A model generated the notes under the pieces. That model was not told where the DNA came from. It made no database searches and worked only from the letters and a program-made list of their open reading frames with translations. 64,000 nt of DNA, taken from positions 434,001-498,000 of the forward strand of contig JBLDXI010000019.1 of the NCBI GenBank assembly GCA_047495785.1. Direction: 5' to 3'. The translations under genes were made by a program, and so were the position numbers. The DNA is from Lepidodermella squamata. Taxonomy: Eukaryota > Animalia > Gastrotricha. Below, one piece after another: positions 36,943 to 49,140 of the stretch; within the stretch, counting starts at the first letter, position 1, and the number at the start of each line of letters is the position of its first letter.

Positions 36943-38920
36943 ATGAACTTGTTGAAATATTCTGCTATTCTCGCGATTTTTCCGGCGTTGGCTTCGGCGC
37001 AATGTGCTGGTTCTTATGGCCAATGCGGCGGCAGTGGTTGGTCAGGGCCGTCGTGCTGCAACGCTGGCTGGGAATGCGTTGCTTCTGATACGTACTACTC
37101 ACAATGCCGGCCGGCGACCGACTCGGCCTGTAGCAATGCTTTCTACGCCCAATGCGGGGGTAAAAACTGGTCTGGATCTACGTGTTGCGCAGTTGGAAGC
37201 ACCTGTATCAGCCAGAATGAGTATTACTCCCAATGCACACCTGACGATTCGAATCCGACCCCGGCGCCTACTTCATCGTCGTCAACACAGAAACCAACAT
37301 CTACGGCCCAATCGACCCCGGCTACAAAAAGCTCGACTTCAACCTCAAAGCCGACGTCTTCGACAACGAAGCAATCCTCAGCATCAGCATCTACTGCCAC
37401 TGCTACTAAATCAGCTTCGACTGCAACTAGTTCCACAGCCAAACCAGCTTCAACTGCAACGAGCACTACAGCTAAGCCAGCTTCGTCCTCAACTACTTCC
37501 AAGTCATCGGCAACAACTCAATCATCGCCTTCCGGCTTCAATTACGCCGAAGTCCTCGGCAAATCGCTGACCTTCTACTACGGCCAAATGTCTGGTAAGA
37601 TCTCCGGAACGTTCAACACCCTCGCATGGCGCGGGGACAGCGCGTTGAACGACGGATCCGATGTTGGGGTCGACCTAACTGGTGGCTACTACGACGCTGG
37701 GGATCACGTTAAATTCAACTTCCCACTCTCATTCTCGCTCTACACCCTAGCTTTGGGTGGGATCCACTACGAGGACGTCTATCGAGCGACTGGGGAAGAA
37801 TGGCAACGTCTGTTGAACGTCATGAAATGGGGCACGGATTACTTCATCAAATGCCACACTTCGACTTACGAATTTTACGGACAGGTTGGCCGTGGCGATC
37901 TGGATCACAGCTACTGGGGTCCGCCTGAGAAAATGACCATGCAAAGGCCGAGTTACAAAATTACAGCAGGTAGTCCTGGTAGTGATTTAGCTGGCTCAGT
38001 CGCCGCTACCTTCGCCCTGTCGTCGATTTTGTTTAAAAATGTTGATAAGACCTACTCGGATACTTTGTTGAGGCATGGCCGGGAGATGTGGGATTTCGCC
38101 ACCAAATACCAGGGTACCTATGTCAACTCGATTAGTGACGCTAGAAACTACTACAACAGCTTTTCTGGATACGCTGATGAGCAACTTCTCGGGGCTTTAG
38201 CTCTTTACTGGGCGACAAATGAGACAAAATACCGCGATTACGCTGTTTCCAACTCGAGGAATCTTGTTAAATCTTCCTTAACCTACGCGCATGGTTGGGA
38301 TGATGCATCGTAAGTTCATTTTTTCCACATATTTTTCGGGTACATTTTCAGCTTTTATTTTCAGGTATGCTAACGTCTACCTTCTCTGGAAGTTATTAGG
38401 CGACAGTGATGCTCAGAATGTTTTTGAAAATTACGCGAATAATTTCATGAACAACGTGAGGAAAACGCCTCAAGGAATGGTCTATCTCAGCGATTGGGGA
38501 TCAGCTAGATTCCCGGTCGCGACCAGCTTTTTACTCATGTGCTACGTCGATTCGAACCCCAATCTATCGACGACGAAAGCAGCGACCTATCAGGCATTTG
38601 CTTTGAAGCAGTTGAACTACCTGCTCGGCAATAACTCGAATGGGTTCAGCTATTTGGTAGGATTCGGTAGTAAATTCCCGCAGCACACGCATCATCGCGG
38701 CGCCCACGGCTCGACGACTAATAACATGTACGACCCGCCGACGAATAAAAACATCAATTACATGCTGGTTGGCGGGCCTGATGCTAACGACGGCTATGCT
38801 GATAGCATTTCGAATTACTCGCAGTCGGAGGGTGCCTGTGATATGCAGGCTAGTTTACCCGGCTTGGCTGCTGCTCTGGTTAAACGGTTCGGTGGACAGC
38901 CTCTAGTGAATTTTCCTTGA
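36943..38920 (+). CDS. Secreted endoglucanase: signal peptide - CBM1 - CBM1 - Ser/Thr linker - GH9; 2 exons (intron 38310-38364)
   Basis: Two YxQCGG..W.G..CC.......YYSQC modules; GH9 motifs DLTGGYYDAGDHVKF, HHRGAHGS and LVGGP..ND.Y.D....Y.QSE; TATA-like CTATAAG near 36894. Confidence 0.92.
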
Positions 38921-40386
38921 AGCGACTTGAAAGTGGACTTCAACAACAACAAATAATACTGACCAATGATAGAAATCCGTTTGAATATTTATATATTGAT
39001 TGAAAATGCAATGATTTTAATGAAAACCGACTTTTATGGTCTAAGCATCGTCAACATTTTGTAACAATTTTTTTCGAAACAGTGGATGATTCGTGTTTTG
39101 AATTTCACTCAAATTGGTACCGTTCAGTGAATGAGTGTTTTCCATGTGTTTTCATAATTCCGCTGGAATTGTGCTATTTTTTGAGGTTTTTGAGGTATAC
39201 TTCTGCCAAAAATGCATTTCCAAGAGGCGATCATATTTTAAGCCCTAAATCGCGACAGACGGCCAGAAATTCGCGAAATTCGCGGCATTTAGCTAAGTTT
39301 GATCTTATTTAGATGATCATTATTTTCTGAGAAATATCAAAAACAAAATTTGATACCGCAGCTGGACAACGTAGAGCGTACGTTGTAGCAGGGTGCAGCG
39401 ACAAAACAGCAAATTTTTTATTTCGCGACAAAACAGCGAAAACTTATTATGCCAAAGATGCAACGTGTTTCTGCTGTTATTCTCGCAAGTTGAAAAATTT
39501 GCTGTTTTGTCGCCTTTGCTGTTTTGGGCTTTTGCTGCTTGGCCGGTCATCCCGTTGAAGCTGTTGAATTTTTTTGAAACAACGGACATATTTTTTACCA
39601 CATTTTAAGCGAAAATCAGTACAAAATTGGTACATTGACACGGGTGGGTGAATTAAGCCGGAAATAAAGAAACACTTTCCCTGTATCAAATTTCAGAGGC
39701 TCAATGATTGGAGAATCAAACGATCATATTTCACCAAAAGTGATTGATTTTTATTGATTTTTTCGGCTTTTTTACATCGAAAGCGCCTGCGAGAATTCCT
39801 GCAAATACTGCTATTTTCGCCAAGAAAGGATCGTTTGAATCGTTTGAAAGTGGCTATAATTTTAACTATAATTGCCTCCAGTCCCTTTACTCGCTAGGAA
39901 TCGGCGTGTCTAAAAATCGGCTGTAACATAAGTCAGAAAAATTGAACGTTTGTTTTGCTCTGCTCCTCTAACATACTGGCGGTAATCTGATTGCAAACAA
40001 CTTTGGTAAAATAATCGAAAAAAATTCGAGGAAATTGAAATCGAAATTCCAAATCATCGAAATAGCTTAGCCCTAAAATCCTCAAAAAATTGGTCCCGTG
40101 GAAAATTAATGTTGGCGGTATAAGCGGATCTAGGCCAGGACCAAATGAAACAAATGAGAGTTGAAATGTCAAAGAATGTGAAATGTGAAATTGAGACCCG
40201 ATAATTATTACCACAGATTTTTATTCAAGAATTACCGTTTGTTTTTAAATGAATTTATTAAAGCAATGATATAATAATGTCTGACAGTGCTGGACTCTGC
40301 AGAAGGCATTCTCAATGTCGCGCACCAACAGGCAGCTCTGTAAAATAATGTTCCGATGAAATCTGGCAGTACTATCTGGCATTTGG

Positions 40387-41223
40387 TCATTGCGCCGTCG
40401 GCATTTGCTGAGGATCTGTCCCGCCATGACTGATGAGCAGTTCGATAACGCCCTCGTTCGCCTCGTTATAACGCGCCTTTGTCAACGCTGTCGCATCAAA
40501 TTGATTGCGCGCATTAACATCAACGCCTCGCTCAAGCAATAGCGCGACTATATCACGGTGGCAGTTGACGGCAGCCTGCATCAGTGGCGTGTCGCCGTCG
40601 TTGTTCGCAACATGAACATCAGCGCCGCGTTCTATCAGCAGCTCGACAATATTGCGATGGCCTCGATACGCTGCTTTCAATAGAGCAGTATCGCCGTTGT
40701 TATTCGCCGCGTTCACATCGACCCCCCGATCCAACAGCGCCTTGGCGTAGTCGAAATACCCACGCTCAGCAGTCATCATCAGCGTTGTAGTGCCGTCCTC
40801 TAGCGCTACAGTCACGTCAGCACCGGCAGAGAGCAGTAGGGCGAAACTTTCGTTCAAATTGTTGACAATAGCCAAAATCAACGCTGTGTAGCCCTCGAAG
40901 AATCTCGTATTCAAATCCGCGCCGTTGTCGATCAAAAAACGAGCTATTTCGATGTACTGCCGCTCTATCGCGATAACCAGCGGCGTTTTACTGGCTAAAT
41001 CTGTCGCTTGGGCGTTGACCTTAGCTCCTAGGGCGATCAATGTGCGAAGAGTGTCGATTTTGCCCTGATTGCACGCCATCATCAACGCCGTCCAGCCGTC
41101 GATGTGCCGCGGCTGGTTGATGTCGACGCCTTCTTTCGCCATCTCCTCGATTTTGTCCGTATCGCCCCAGAAAGCAGCTTCGAACAACGCATCGGGCTGT
41201 GTCGTAGTCTCGGATGAAGCCAT
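40387..41223 (-). CDS. Intronless ankyrin-repeat protein
   Basis: About 7-8 ANK repeats (G.TAL..A....G....V.LL...GADV). Confidence 0.9.
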   Translation of the reverse strand: MASSETTTQPDALFEAAFWGDTDKIEEMAKEGVDINQPRHIDGWTALMMACNQGKIDTLRTLIALGAKVNAQATDLASKTPLVIAIERQYIEIARFLIDNGADLNTRFFEGYTALILAIVNNLNESFALLLSAGADVTVALEDGTTTLMMTAERGYFDYAKALLDRGVDVNAANNNGDTALLKAAYRGHRNIVELLIERGADVHVANNDGDTPLMQAAVNCHRDIVALLLERGVDVNARNQFDATALTKARYNEANEGVIELLISHGGTDPQQMPTAQ

Positions 41224-41775
41224 AATTAAAAAAAATCTACCTTAAAAATAATTATGCGTTCTTGTTACGAAATTTCCTGTTTTGGATAAGAAAGATTCGT
41301 CTAGTCGTATTGCTGTATATGAGATGTTATTGCACTATTTTTTTTTTACGGCGCTCTTGCGCTCAGAGATCACATCATACGCACACATGGGCGCGGCTAT
41401 AAAGCATTATGACTGGCTAAAAGAAGTATTTAATTTTCACTGCGCGCTGACGTGAGTCTGACAACATGAGTGAGCAGCGCGCGTATAAGATCGCGCGACG
41501 AGAGTAGTATTAGGACGCGCGCGCGTGCGCTCGCTCGGTTTGTCATGTGCAGAGACTAAACTTGCTTGTGATGATGAACAAACCGCAGCAGTTCAGTCAG
41601 CGAGCGGCGGCGGTCAATAAAAGCGAACCTGCTAAGGAAATTGCGCGCGCGTCTGCGTCTGCGATATGATACGCGCAGCTGTGTAAAATCGCGAAAATTA
41701 TCCTGCTCTCTCTGTTTTGTTGCCGCAAGTACCTATAAAACATATTGAGGGCATATTTGTTACGAGCCGAAGGGT

Positions 41776-41805
41776 CTTATCGAAAAAATCTTATCACATC
41801 TTATC
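41776..41805. promoter_or_regulatory. Cluster of three GATA sites (CTTATC) between divergent ankyrin genes
   Basis: CTTATC at 41776, 41790 and 41800. Confidence 0.4.
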
Positions 41806-42831
41806 GGTGAAAAACTCGGCAAACCTCATTCCATAATAAAATATAAAATCGGACAAAAACAGGGTTCACGAGAGGTGAAAAAAATCTTTGTTTTACAGCA
41901 ACAATGGTATAGTTAACAAGCTCTAAGCTATGTGTCGATGAAATCTCGCACCTATACACCCCCGCGAAACATGACTGACTGGGCCTGAAACCGCGAATGA
42001 AGAATGTCTAATCATTTGCAAGTGATTGTAGGAACAGCATTTTGTTCACGTGATACGATGAGCAGTTTTTCATCATTCAGCCGACGTTTTAGCTATACAC
42101 TCACTTCAGCTTGAGAGGAGCAGAAAAACCGGCGTTAAATCGATATATCATACGATATAAAAACCGAACAAACGTAGCGGCTTTTCAATTATTGATCACC
42201 ATAATATAGACTAGGTCTATTTTTTGAGCGACGGTTTGGGCGTTAGACTTTCCGACGAAGGAAAAATCAATAAAAAATACCGCTGAATTCTCTCTGTGGC
42301 CGCAAGATTCGATTAGCCTGCTGTAGCCGTTGGGTATCTAAAAAAATTTAAATTCTGGGAATTCGAAGACCCAATTCTCTAACGCAGTTAAATTTGAATA
42401 ATTATTAAATAATTTAAAATTTTACATTAACCTAGAAACAAAATTATGGAGGGGATTTTTCGAAAAATAATTTTTGTTAAGGATTATTTCTTCAAAAGAA
42501 ATTTAATTACTCAACAGGTTGACTAATCGAAAGTGACTTGTCGTGTTGAAAGGTTGGCGATTCAATTACGCGGCGTTCTATACAGCGCATGTGTTTGTTT
42601 TCTCATCGGCGTGATTAAAAGCGCACGAGCGTGGCAGCTCGCCGCCTCGACTGTGATTGAGACACGCAGATACAACATATATATCTCTTATTTCGTTGAG
42701 ACTGCCACAGCAGCGTTTATCATCGATCGATATTGCACGTAAATTCATATGTACTGCCAGCATCAGGATAATGCTGATGGATTACCTGTAGCAATCTAGT
42801 TCAGATATTTTGAAAAGCGCATCTTTCAAAA

Positions 42832-43728
42832 ATGCCGCTCCAAATATCTCCGGCTGAAATTGAGAAATTTGTCGAACTCGCCGGGCTCGGGGATTTGGAT
42901 GAAGTGGAGCGACTTATAGTTAACGGTGTCGACGTCAATGTCCAACGCGGGAGTGACGGGAGGACGGCTTTAATTCACGCAGCAGACCGCGGGAAGGTCT
43001 ATATGGTTGAGCTACTCCTTAAACACTCTGCTGATCCTAATTTACGGGAGAAAAATCAAGGAAAAACCGCTCTAGTCTTAGCCGTTGAAATCTACTCAAA
43101 CGACGTCGCTAAACTACTACTGGACCATAAGGCCGATGTAAATATCCCATATCGAGACAGCAACAACGCCCTATTCGCAGCGTTTGAGGTCGACAACGAC
43201 GTTGGTTTCAGCTTAATATTAGAGGCAGGCGCCGATGTGAACGCAACGTTGTGGAACGGTAATACGATACTGATGTGTGCCGCCGAGCGGGATCGGTTTG
43301 ACCTCGTTAAAAAACTGGTCGATAAAGGCGCGGATATCCATGCGAAGAACAAAAGCGGCGAGTCTGTGCTGTACAAAGCCGTGTGTCCCGGCAATCTGGA
43401 AATGGTCGACTACTTTGTGCAGAAGGGCGCGAATTTGGCTGATATTGACGATGACGGCAATACGCTACTTATGACGGCGGCTCTTCTTCGCCACCTCAAT
43501 GTTGTGAGCTACCTCATAGAAAAAGGTGCTGATGTCAACGCGAGGAATCACGCTGGTGATTCGGCTCTTGCGATTGCGAGATACATGGATAATAACGACG
43601 ATGTTATCGAGTTCTTACTGGCGAAAGGTGCGGAAGACTCGGAGGTTGAAGATGAGGATGACGACGAGGACTATGAGGAGAATGCTGATCCTGCGGAAGT
43701 CGCTGATCATGAGCAACCGCTTGGATGA
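42832..43728 (+). CDS. Intronless ankyrin-repeat protein with acidic tail
   Basis: About 8 ANK repeats; D/E-rich C-terminus. Confidence 0.9.
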   Translation: MPLQISPAEIEKFVELAGLGDLDEVERLIVNGVDVNVQRGSDGRTALIHAADRGKVYMVELLLKHSADPNLREKNQGKTALVLAVEIYSNDVAKLLLDHKADVNIPYRDSNNALFAAFEVDNDVGFSLILEAGADVNATLWNGNTILMCAAERDRFDLVKKLVDKGADIHAKNKSGESVLYKAVCPGNLEMVDYFVQKGANLADIDDDGNTLLMTAALLRHLNVVSYLIEKGADVNARNHAGDSALAIARYMDNNDDVIEFLLAKGAEDSEVEDEDDDEDYEENADPAEVADHEQPLG

Positions 43729-43870
43729 GTTGTGAAATTCTGATCTCAATCATTGTTTAGTACATTCGATCAGTATTAATTGGAATAAAAAACACGAGTT
43801 AAAGAATGCCAAATTGTTTTATTTCTTAAATTTGATAACTAAACTTAAACAAGTCCTTTTTCTTGTTCAT

Positions 43871-45040
43871 TTACTTGGACAAGGCGAAGCCAAGGCGGTT
43901 CTGGCCGAAGTCGAATTCGGTGTAGAAGCGGCCGAGGAAAACATCGCCAAGGATCCACTGGGGTCCATCGGGAATGTCGAGGCTCATGAAGCCGCTGATG
44001 CATTCGGTCTGGGTGCCTTGGGTGTACTGAAGAATGTAGTCGTTGGGTTCCAGGGTGAAGCTACGGCCGCCGAGGACGATCTTGATGTTAGGCAGGCTGG
44101 AGATGGAGTCGCAGTCGACGACGTACTCGCCGCTTCCGTCATCCTGAGCTCCGATAGCTTGGTTCAAGGCGTCGACGTCCTGGCTGGGGCCGGTGATGAG
44201 GGAGGTGCCGGTATCAGCGATAGCCTCGCAACCACCGTTGCAGAAGGTCTGGGCGCCGGATCCTGAGCCGACAACAACAGCGTCCATCTTGAACTGCCAG
44301 TAGGTCTGGGCGTCGACGGGCAGGTAGGTGAACGAGCCGCTGTAGTGGTTAGGGTCAGATCCGCCGAGGATCAATTCACCACCAGCCTTGGCGCCCTCGG
44401 TACGGTCGAGCCAGAAGGAGAAAACTGGAGCAGCAACAGCGCCCTGGGAAACCATGACTTGAAAGACTGGAGTAACGCTGTCGACGGCAAGAGCTGGGTA
44501 GGCCATGCCCAAGATACCGTCGAAGGAGGCTGAGGCGAAGGGGATCGCCGGCTCGTGGGTCGATTCGGCGAAGGTGACACCGTGAGCGACAACTCCGGCA
44601 ATGCTGATGTCGTCCTTGCTGAGGACACCTTGCATGGAGCCTGAGCCGTAGGTGATCGAGAAGGAAGTTCCGTTAGCGACGTAGGTCGACGACTTGGTGT
44701 GGTCGTATCGGGCGTGCTTCTTGCAGGCGACGCCGTTGCAACGGGTCGATGGCACCCACAGGTTGGCGGATCCAGTGTCGAAGAGGACCTGGAAGTTCTG
44801 TGGCGGGTTACCCATGGTGATCGGGCCGTAGTAGGTGGTGTCCATGTAGTTGTTCAAGGGTTCCGGGTGGGGCTTGGGGCCCTTCGAGAACTTGTTCTGA
44901 AGGCGAGCTCGGACCATCTTTCCGAACTGCTTGCCCATAACCTCTCGGGCTGAAGGAGCCCGGGTGAGGGGGATGCGGCGCAGCTCCTCAGCGAGAGCCT
45001 GCCCGGCGAGCAAAACAACGATAGCCAAAGCGAATTTCAT
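43871..45040 (-). CDS. CTSD: Cathepsin D-like aspartic protease (intronless)
   Basis: Signal peptide and propeptide; catalytic FDTGSANLWVPS and ADTGTSLI; FDGILGMAYP; WILGDVFLG; TATA-like TATAAAA about 55 bp upstream. Confidence 0.93.
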   Translation of the reverse strand: MKFALAIVVLLAGQALAEELRRIPLTRAPSAREVMGKQFGKMVRARLQNKFSKGPKPHPEPLNNYMDTTYYGPITMGNPPQNFQVLFDTGSANLWVPSTRCNGVACKKHARYDHTKSSTYVANGTSFSITYGSGSMQGVLSKDDISIAGVVAHGVTFAESTHEPAIPFASASFDGILGMAYPALAVDSVTPVFQVMVSQGAVAAPVFSFWLDRTEGAKAGGELILGGSDPNHYSGSFTYLPVDAQTYWQFKMDAVVVGSGSGAQTFCNGGCEAIADTGTSLITGPSQDVDALNQAIGAQDDGSGEYVVDCDSISSLPNIKIVLGGRSFTLEPNDYILQYTQGTQTECISGFMSLDIPDGPQWILGDVFLGRFYTEFDFGQNRLGFALSK

Positions 45041-45420
45041 TTCTAGATGGATTCAACACTGCACTTGTTGAAAGTGGCGCAAAACCGCTGCGTTTTATAG
45101 CCTGTCGATTATTCACCAGTCATGTCTAAGCCAAACCGGCCGGTAAAAGTCAACACAACTTTTACTGATAAAGCTCGCAGTTTCTTCCGATTTGACCGAG
45201 ATGAGTAGTTGAGTAAACGAAATCCGGTACCCAGTGCAGGTCTTATCTGCCGTTGCACCGAGAAGTTTCGAGATGTCCAGCCGGACGATAAGTCCTGGGA
45301 AAATTAATGACGAGGCCTAACGCACTGATTTATTCAACTTCAATTATAACACGGAAATGATGCAGCTACATGAGCACACTTTGTGAAACATGAATAGTCA
45401 GTTCTAGATAATAAAGTAGG

Positions 45421-46254
45421 TCACTTTTGCTGAGGATCTTTAGCTCCCTTCTCGACCAACATCGTGACGATGTTTTCGTTATTAGAAGTGTAACGCGCCT
45501 TCGTAAGAGCCGTAGCGCCGTAGTAGTTGAGAACGCTATGGTCTGCGCCTTTCTCCAGCAAAAATTGAACCATGTCAGCTCGACCGTGAATGGCTGCTTG
45601 CATCAAAGCCGTTGAGCCGTCACTATCCGTCGCATTTAGATCCGCACCTTTACTTATGAGATACTCGGCAATGTCCTTCCGCCCGTAGCAGATCGCGATG
45701 AATAACGCTGTTTCACCGTTGTCGTTTTTCACATGGAGAGAGGCTCCTTTCTCTACTACCAACTTGACTTTTTCCAACTTACCACGTTCTGTTAAAGCCA
45801 TTAGAATTGTGTTGTTGTTGTAGTAGGTCTTGTTAACATCAGCCCCAGCGTCGACTAGGAAATGAAACGCCTCCTTATTCCCACCCTCCAGAGCCATAAA
45901 TAAGGCTGTATATCCATCGAGAAATGTAGCGTTGATATCGGCGCCGTTTTCGATCAAAACCCTAGCGATTTCGTTGTGCTTTTCCTCGACGGCAATTATC
46001 AACGCCGTTTTGCCGTCATTGTTCTTCGCGTTGACGTTAACTCTGTATTTTAGTAAAGCCGTAACTGACTGAATTTTGTTCGAAAAACAGGCGGCCATCA
46101 ACGGCGTGTTCCCGTCATTGCTTCGACCTTCATTCGGATTAGCCCCAGCTTTTATCAACTCATCGATGAGTTGGGTATTTCCTAGTCCAGAGGCTGTTAT
46201 CAACTTGTCGAGAATCGACTCCTCTGCATATGACATTGCACGATATCGAAGCAT
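45421..46254 (-). CDS. Intronless ankyrin-repeat protein
   Basis: About 8 ANK repeats; paralogue of 40387-41223 (shared ATALTKARY and DPQQ). Confidence 0.9.
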   Translation of the reverse strand: MLRYRAMSYAEESILDKLITASGLGNTQLIDELIKAGANPNEGRSNDGNTPLMAACFSNKIQSVTALLKYRVNVNAKNNDGKTALIIAVEEKHNEIARVLIENGADINATFLDGYTALFMALEGGNKEAFHFLVDAGADVNKTYYNNNTILMALTERGKLEKVKLVVEKGASLHVKNDNGETALFIAICYGRKDIAEYLISKGADLNATDSDGSTALMQAAIHGRADMVQFLLEKGADHSVLNYYGATALTKARYTSNNENIVTMLVEKGAKDPQQK

Positions 46255-46655
46255 AGTTTCAAAATATTAAAAAAATTAGCCTCGAATAACTAGTTTATTC
46301 TGTACGATTTGACAATTTCACATGAGCAGACGCAATTAATTCCCCCGTTTTTCTTCGATTTTTGTGTTGAGATTTTTAAATTGACCTGTCTGAAGATGAT
46401 ATGTGCTTGAATCAAAGAAAAACATCGTAAATTTAGTCCCATTTCTCCCTTTTCGTCGTCATGATGAGTCAGTGCATTATACTCAACAGCAATGAACCCG
46501 CAATGAGAAAAAAATCGCCAAGTGTGCGGGTGATGATTCATCGCTACGTCGCCATTACGCGGCCACTCGCGATTAATATACATCAACTTTAAACATGGAG
46601 AAATTAATATCTTCCTTATGTTATCCTCGAGAATCGTGCCCTATTTGTTGATACA

Positions 46656-47531
46656 ATGCCGGACTATGACTACTGCTTCAAAGTTCTTCTGATCGGCGAC
46701 ACGGGTGTCGGAAAAACCAGCCTTCTCCAGAGGTACGCCGACGACTTCTACACTGCACAATTCATTGAGACTATCGGTAATAAACCTGTTTGTTCGAGAA
46801 TTCATCCCAAAAATTCAAGTTAATTTCAAAAGGAGTGGACTACAAAATTCGAGAACTTCCAGTTGGTAACAAACGGGTGAGATTCCAGTTTTGGGATTCA
46901 GCCGGGCATGAGAGATTCCGATCAATTACTACATGGTAAGGCTATACCAATTATCTTCGGTCTCACTAAAATTGGTTAGTTACTCCAGTTATTTCCGGAG
47001 CTCAATTGGCGTTGTGATTGTCTACGACGTCACAAACGCGAACTCCTTTCACAATATCGCAGAATGGATGAAATACGTCAATGATGTGAGAAATTAAGCA
47101 AAATAATGCTTAAAAAGTCATCATCCTCGTTTTATTCAGTATTGCTCAGATGAGATGTTCAAATTCATTATCGGAAACAAAAGCGATTGCGCGAATGGCG
47201 ATCGGCAAGTTTCATTCGAGCAAGGAAAAAGCGTCAGTAGAGCGACCATTTTTTTTATTTTTTCTTATGGAAATTTCGTATATTTTTATAGCTCGCGGCT
47301 CAGTATGGTGCTTATTTCGCCGAAACATCCGCCCAGGCCGATATCAACGTGCGAGAAACGTTTCTCGACATGGCCAAGTCGTTGAAAGATCAAAGGGACG
47401 TATTGGACCCCGATAAAGGTTCCATTTCTCAGCCATCGGTCGCGATTGACTTCGACCACACCGCACCTAGCGAGAAAATTAGGAGTACCGTTAAAGACTT
47501 GGTCTTATGTTGTAAATTCTTCTGTTGTTAA
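46656..47531 (+). CDS. Rab GTPase paralogue B (Rab1/8-like, divergent), 5 exons
   Basis: [34 protein letters not shown]; C-terminal CC. Confidence 0.88.
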
Positions 47532-47784
47532 GCTTTCTGATCACTTCAAGCGTTAGGTTTCAGGCGTACCCGCGGGAACACAAGCAATTGAAACTCTGGC
47601 CTCCATTTTCTATTACTAATGTGAATAGACTGTGAGAAAGGCTCAATTTTTTATGGAATTATCTAGATATACCATGATTTTCTGAACTTTGCAGACATTT
47701 TTCTTACGCTCACGTTCAAATAAAGATGAAATATGAAATCTCAAAATAAAGGCTATGTTATCTACAAAATATCTGCAGCGAATA

Positions 47785-48545
47785 CAGGGTGGCCGAAAAA
47801 TTCTGCAGAAGGCTAATTCGATGCGCATCAATTTAATGAGTAACCGTAATTATTGAATTTAATTTCCCAAAATTTGATTACAACTTTTCCACATTTTATA
47901 TAAAAATTAATTAATTTCAATACTAATCGAGAATAATCTTGTTCAAAATGTAAAAAAACCCTACTCTTGATCTACTCTAGCTAAATATCGCGACATTATA
48001 AAGTATGCGCAAACATTTTTTTGCCTCGCTTTTTTCGAATAACTCCATAACCATGAGGAATTTTTCAATGCGGTTTTCGCCAGTCGATAGATCCAGTGTG
48101 GGGTAATCTTCCCTCAAACTTTCGGTAGAATGGGATTCGAGAGAGAAAATTGATGACCAACATGCAATTCGCGATTTTTTCAAAAATTCTTATTTTTGAA
48201 AAATTTCGGAGAGTCGTGAAATGTTTGCTTTGGGAATCAGTGACTTGGATCCACCAGAGACCATCTGTCAACAAAACCGAAGCCTCTGGCGAGAGATAAA
48301 ATCAACTCAGGCCACATCGGATGCAAAAATTTCATTTTTCAAAAATGAAAAAAGTATGAAAACTGGCGAAGCTCATTTCTCGCACAACTTTTTTGAGGTA
48401 CATCTTTTTGAAACAAGCTCTTAGGGAATAATCAGACCCCACCTGGGTCTTTAATTTTCTCAAAACCGCGTCTCCGCATCACTTACGGTTGAAAGTTATT
48501 CAAAAAAAAGCGAGGCAAAAAATGTTTGCGCACACTTTAGAAAAT
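47785..48545. mobile_element. Tc1/mariner-like MITE remnant
   Basis: TA|CAGGGTGGCC start shared with the 1271 copy; inverted repeat TGCGCAAACATTTTTTGCCTCGCTTTTTT at about 48006 and 48505-48532. Confidence 0.55.
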
Positions 48546-49140
48546 ATCACTATGATACACACACCCTAGCCTGAAGGCGATCACGATGAAATGGTTGAAA
48601 ACATAGATAATAGTTAAGATAGGACCCATACGATCCTGCCATAGTGTCTAAAGCTGAGGTTCCAATTGTCACTCGTGTGCAAAGCCACTTTTTTGTGCTT
48701 TATATTTGAGTTTTATTTGTATTGAGATTTCTTAATTGACCCGTCTGCTTGAATAAAAGAAAAACATCGTAACTTTGGTCTCATTTCTTCCTCTTCGTCG
48801 TCATGATGAGTCAGTGCATTATACTCAACAGCAATGAAGCCGCAACGATAAAAAAAATCGCCAAGTGCGCGCGCGATGATTCATCGCTACGTCGCCATTA
48901 CGCGGCCACTCGCGATATAAATATATAAATGGCAGAAAATGCCACAACAGCCGCATTATTGCAATACAATATAATATCGCTGCGAAAAAAATGCCGACGT
49001 TTGTGAACCCGCCGACCGGATCTGCAGCTGGTGTTGGTGTGAGTGCAATTAGCGGGCATTAATGCTCGGACTTCGTGTTCGGATAACTTTATATTTTCGT
49101 GATTTTTGTCCACCAGAATCGTGCGCTATTTGTTGATACT

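Noticed and set aside
43814-44953. Long plus-strand ORFs opposite cathepsin D
   Set aside because: Antisense shadow of strong GC3 codon bias
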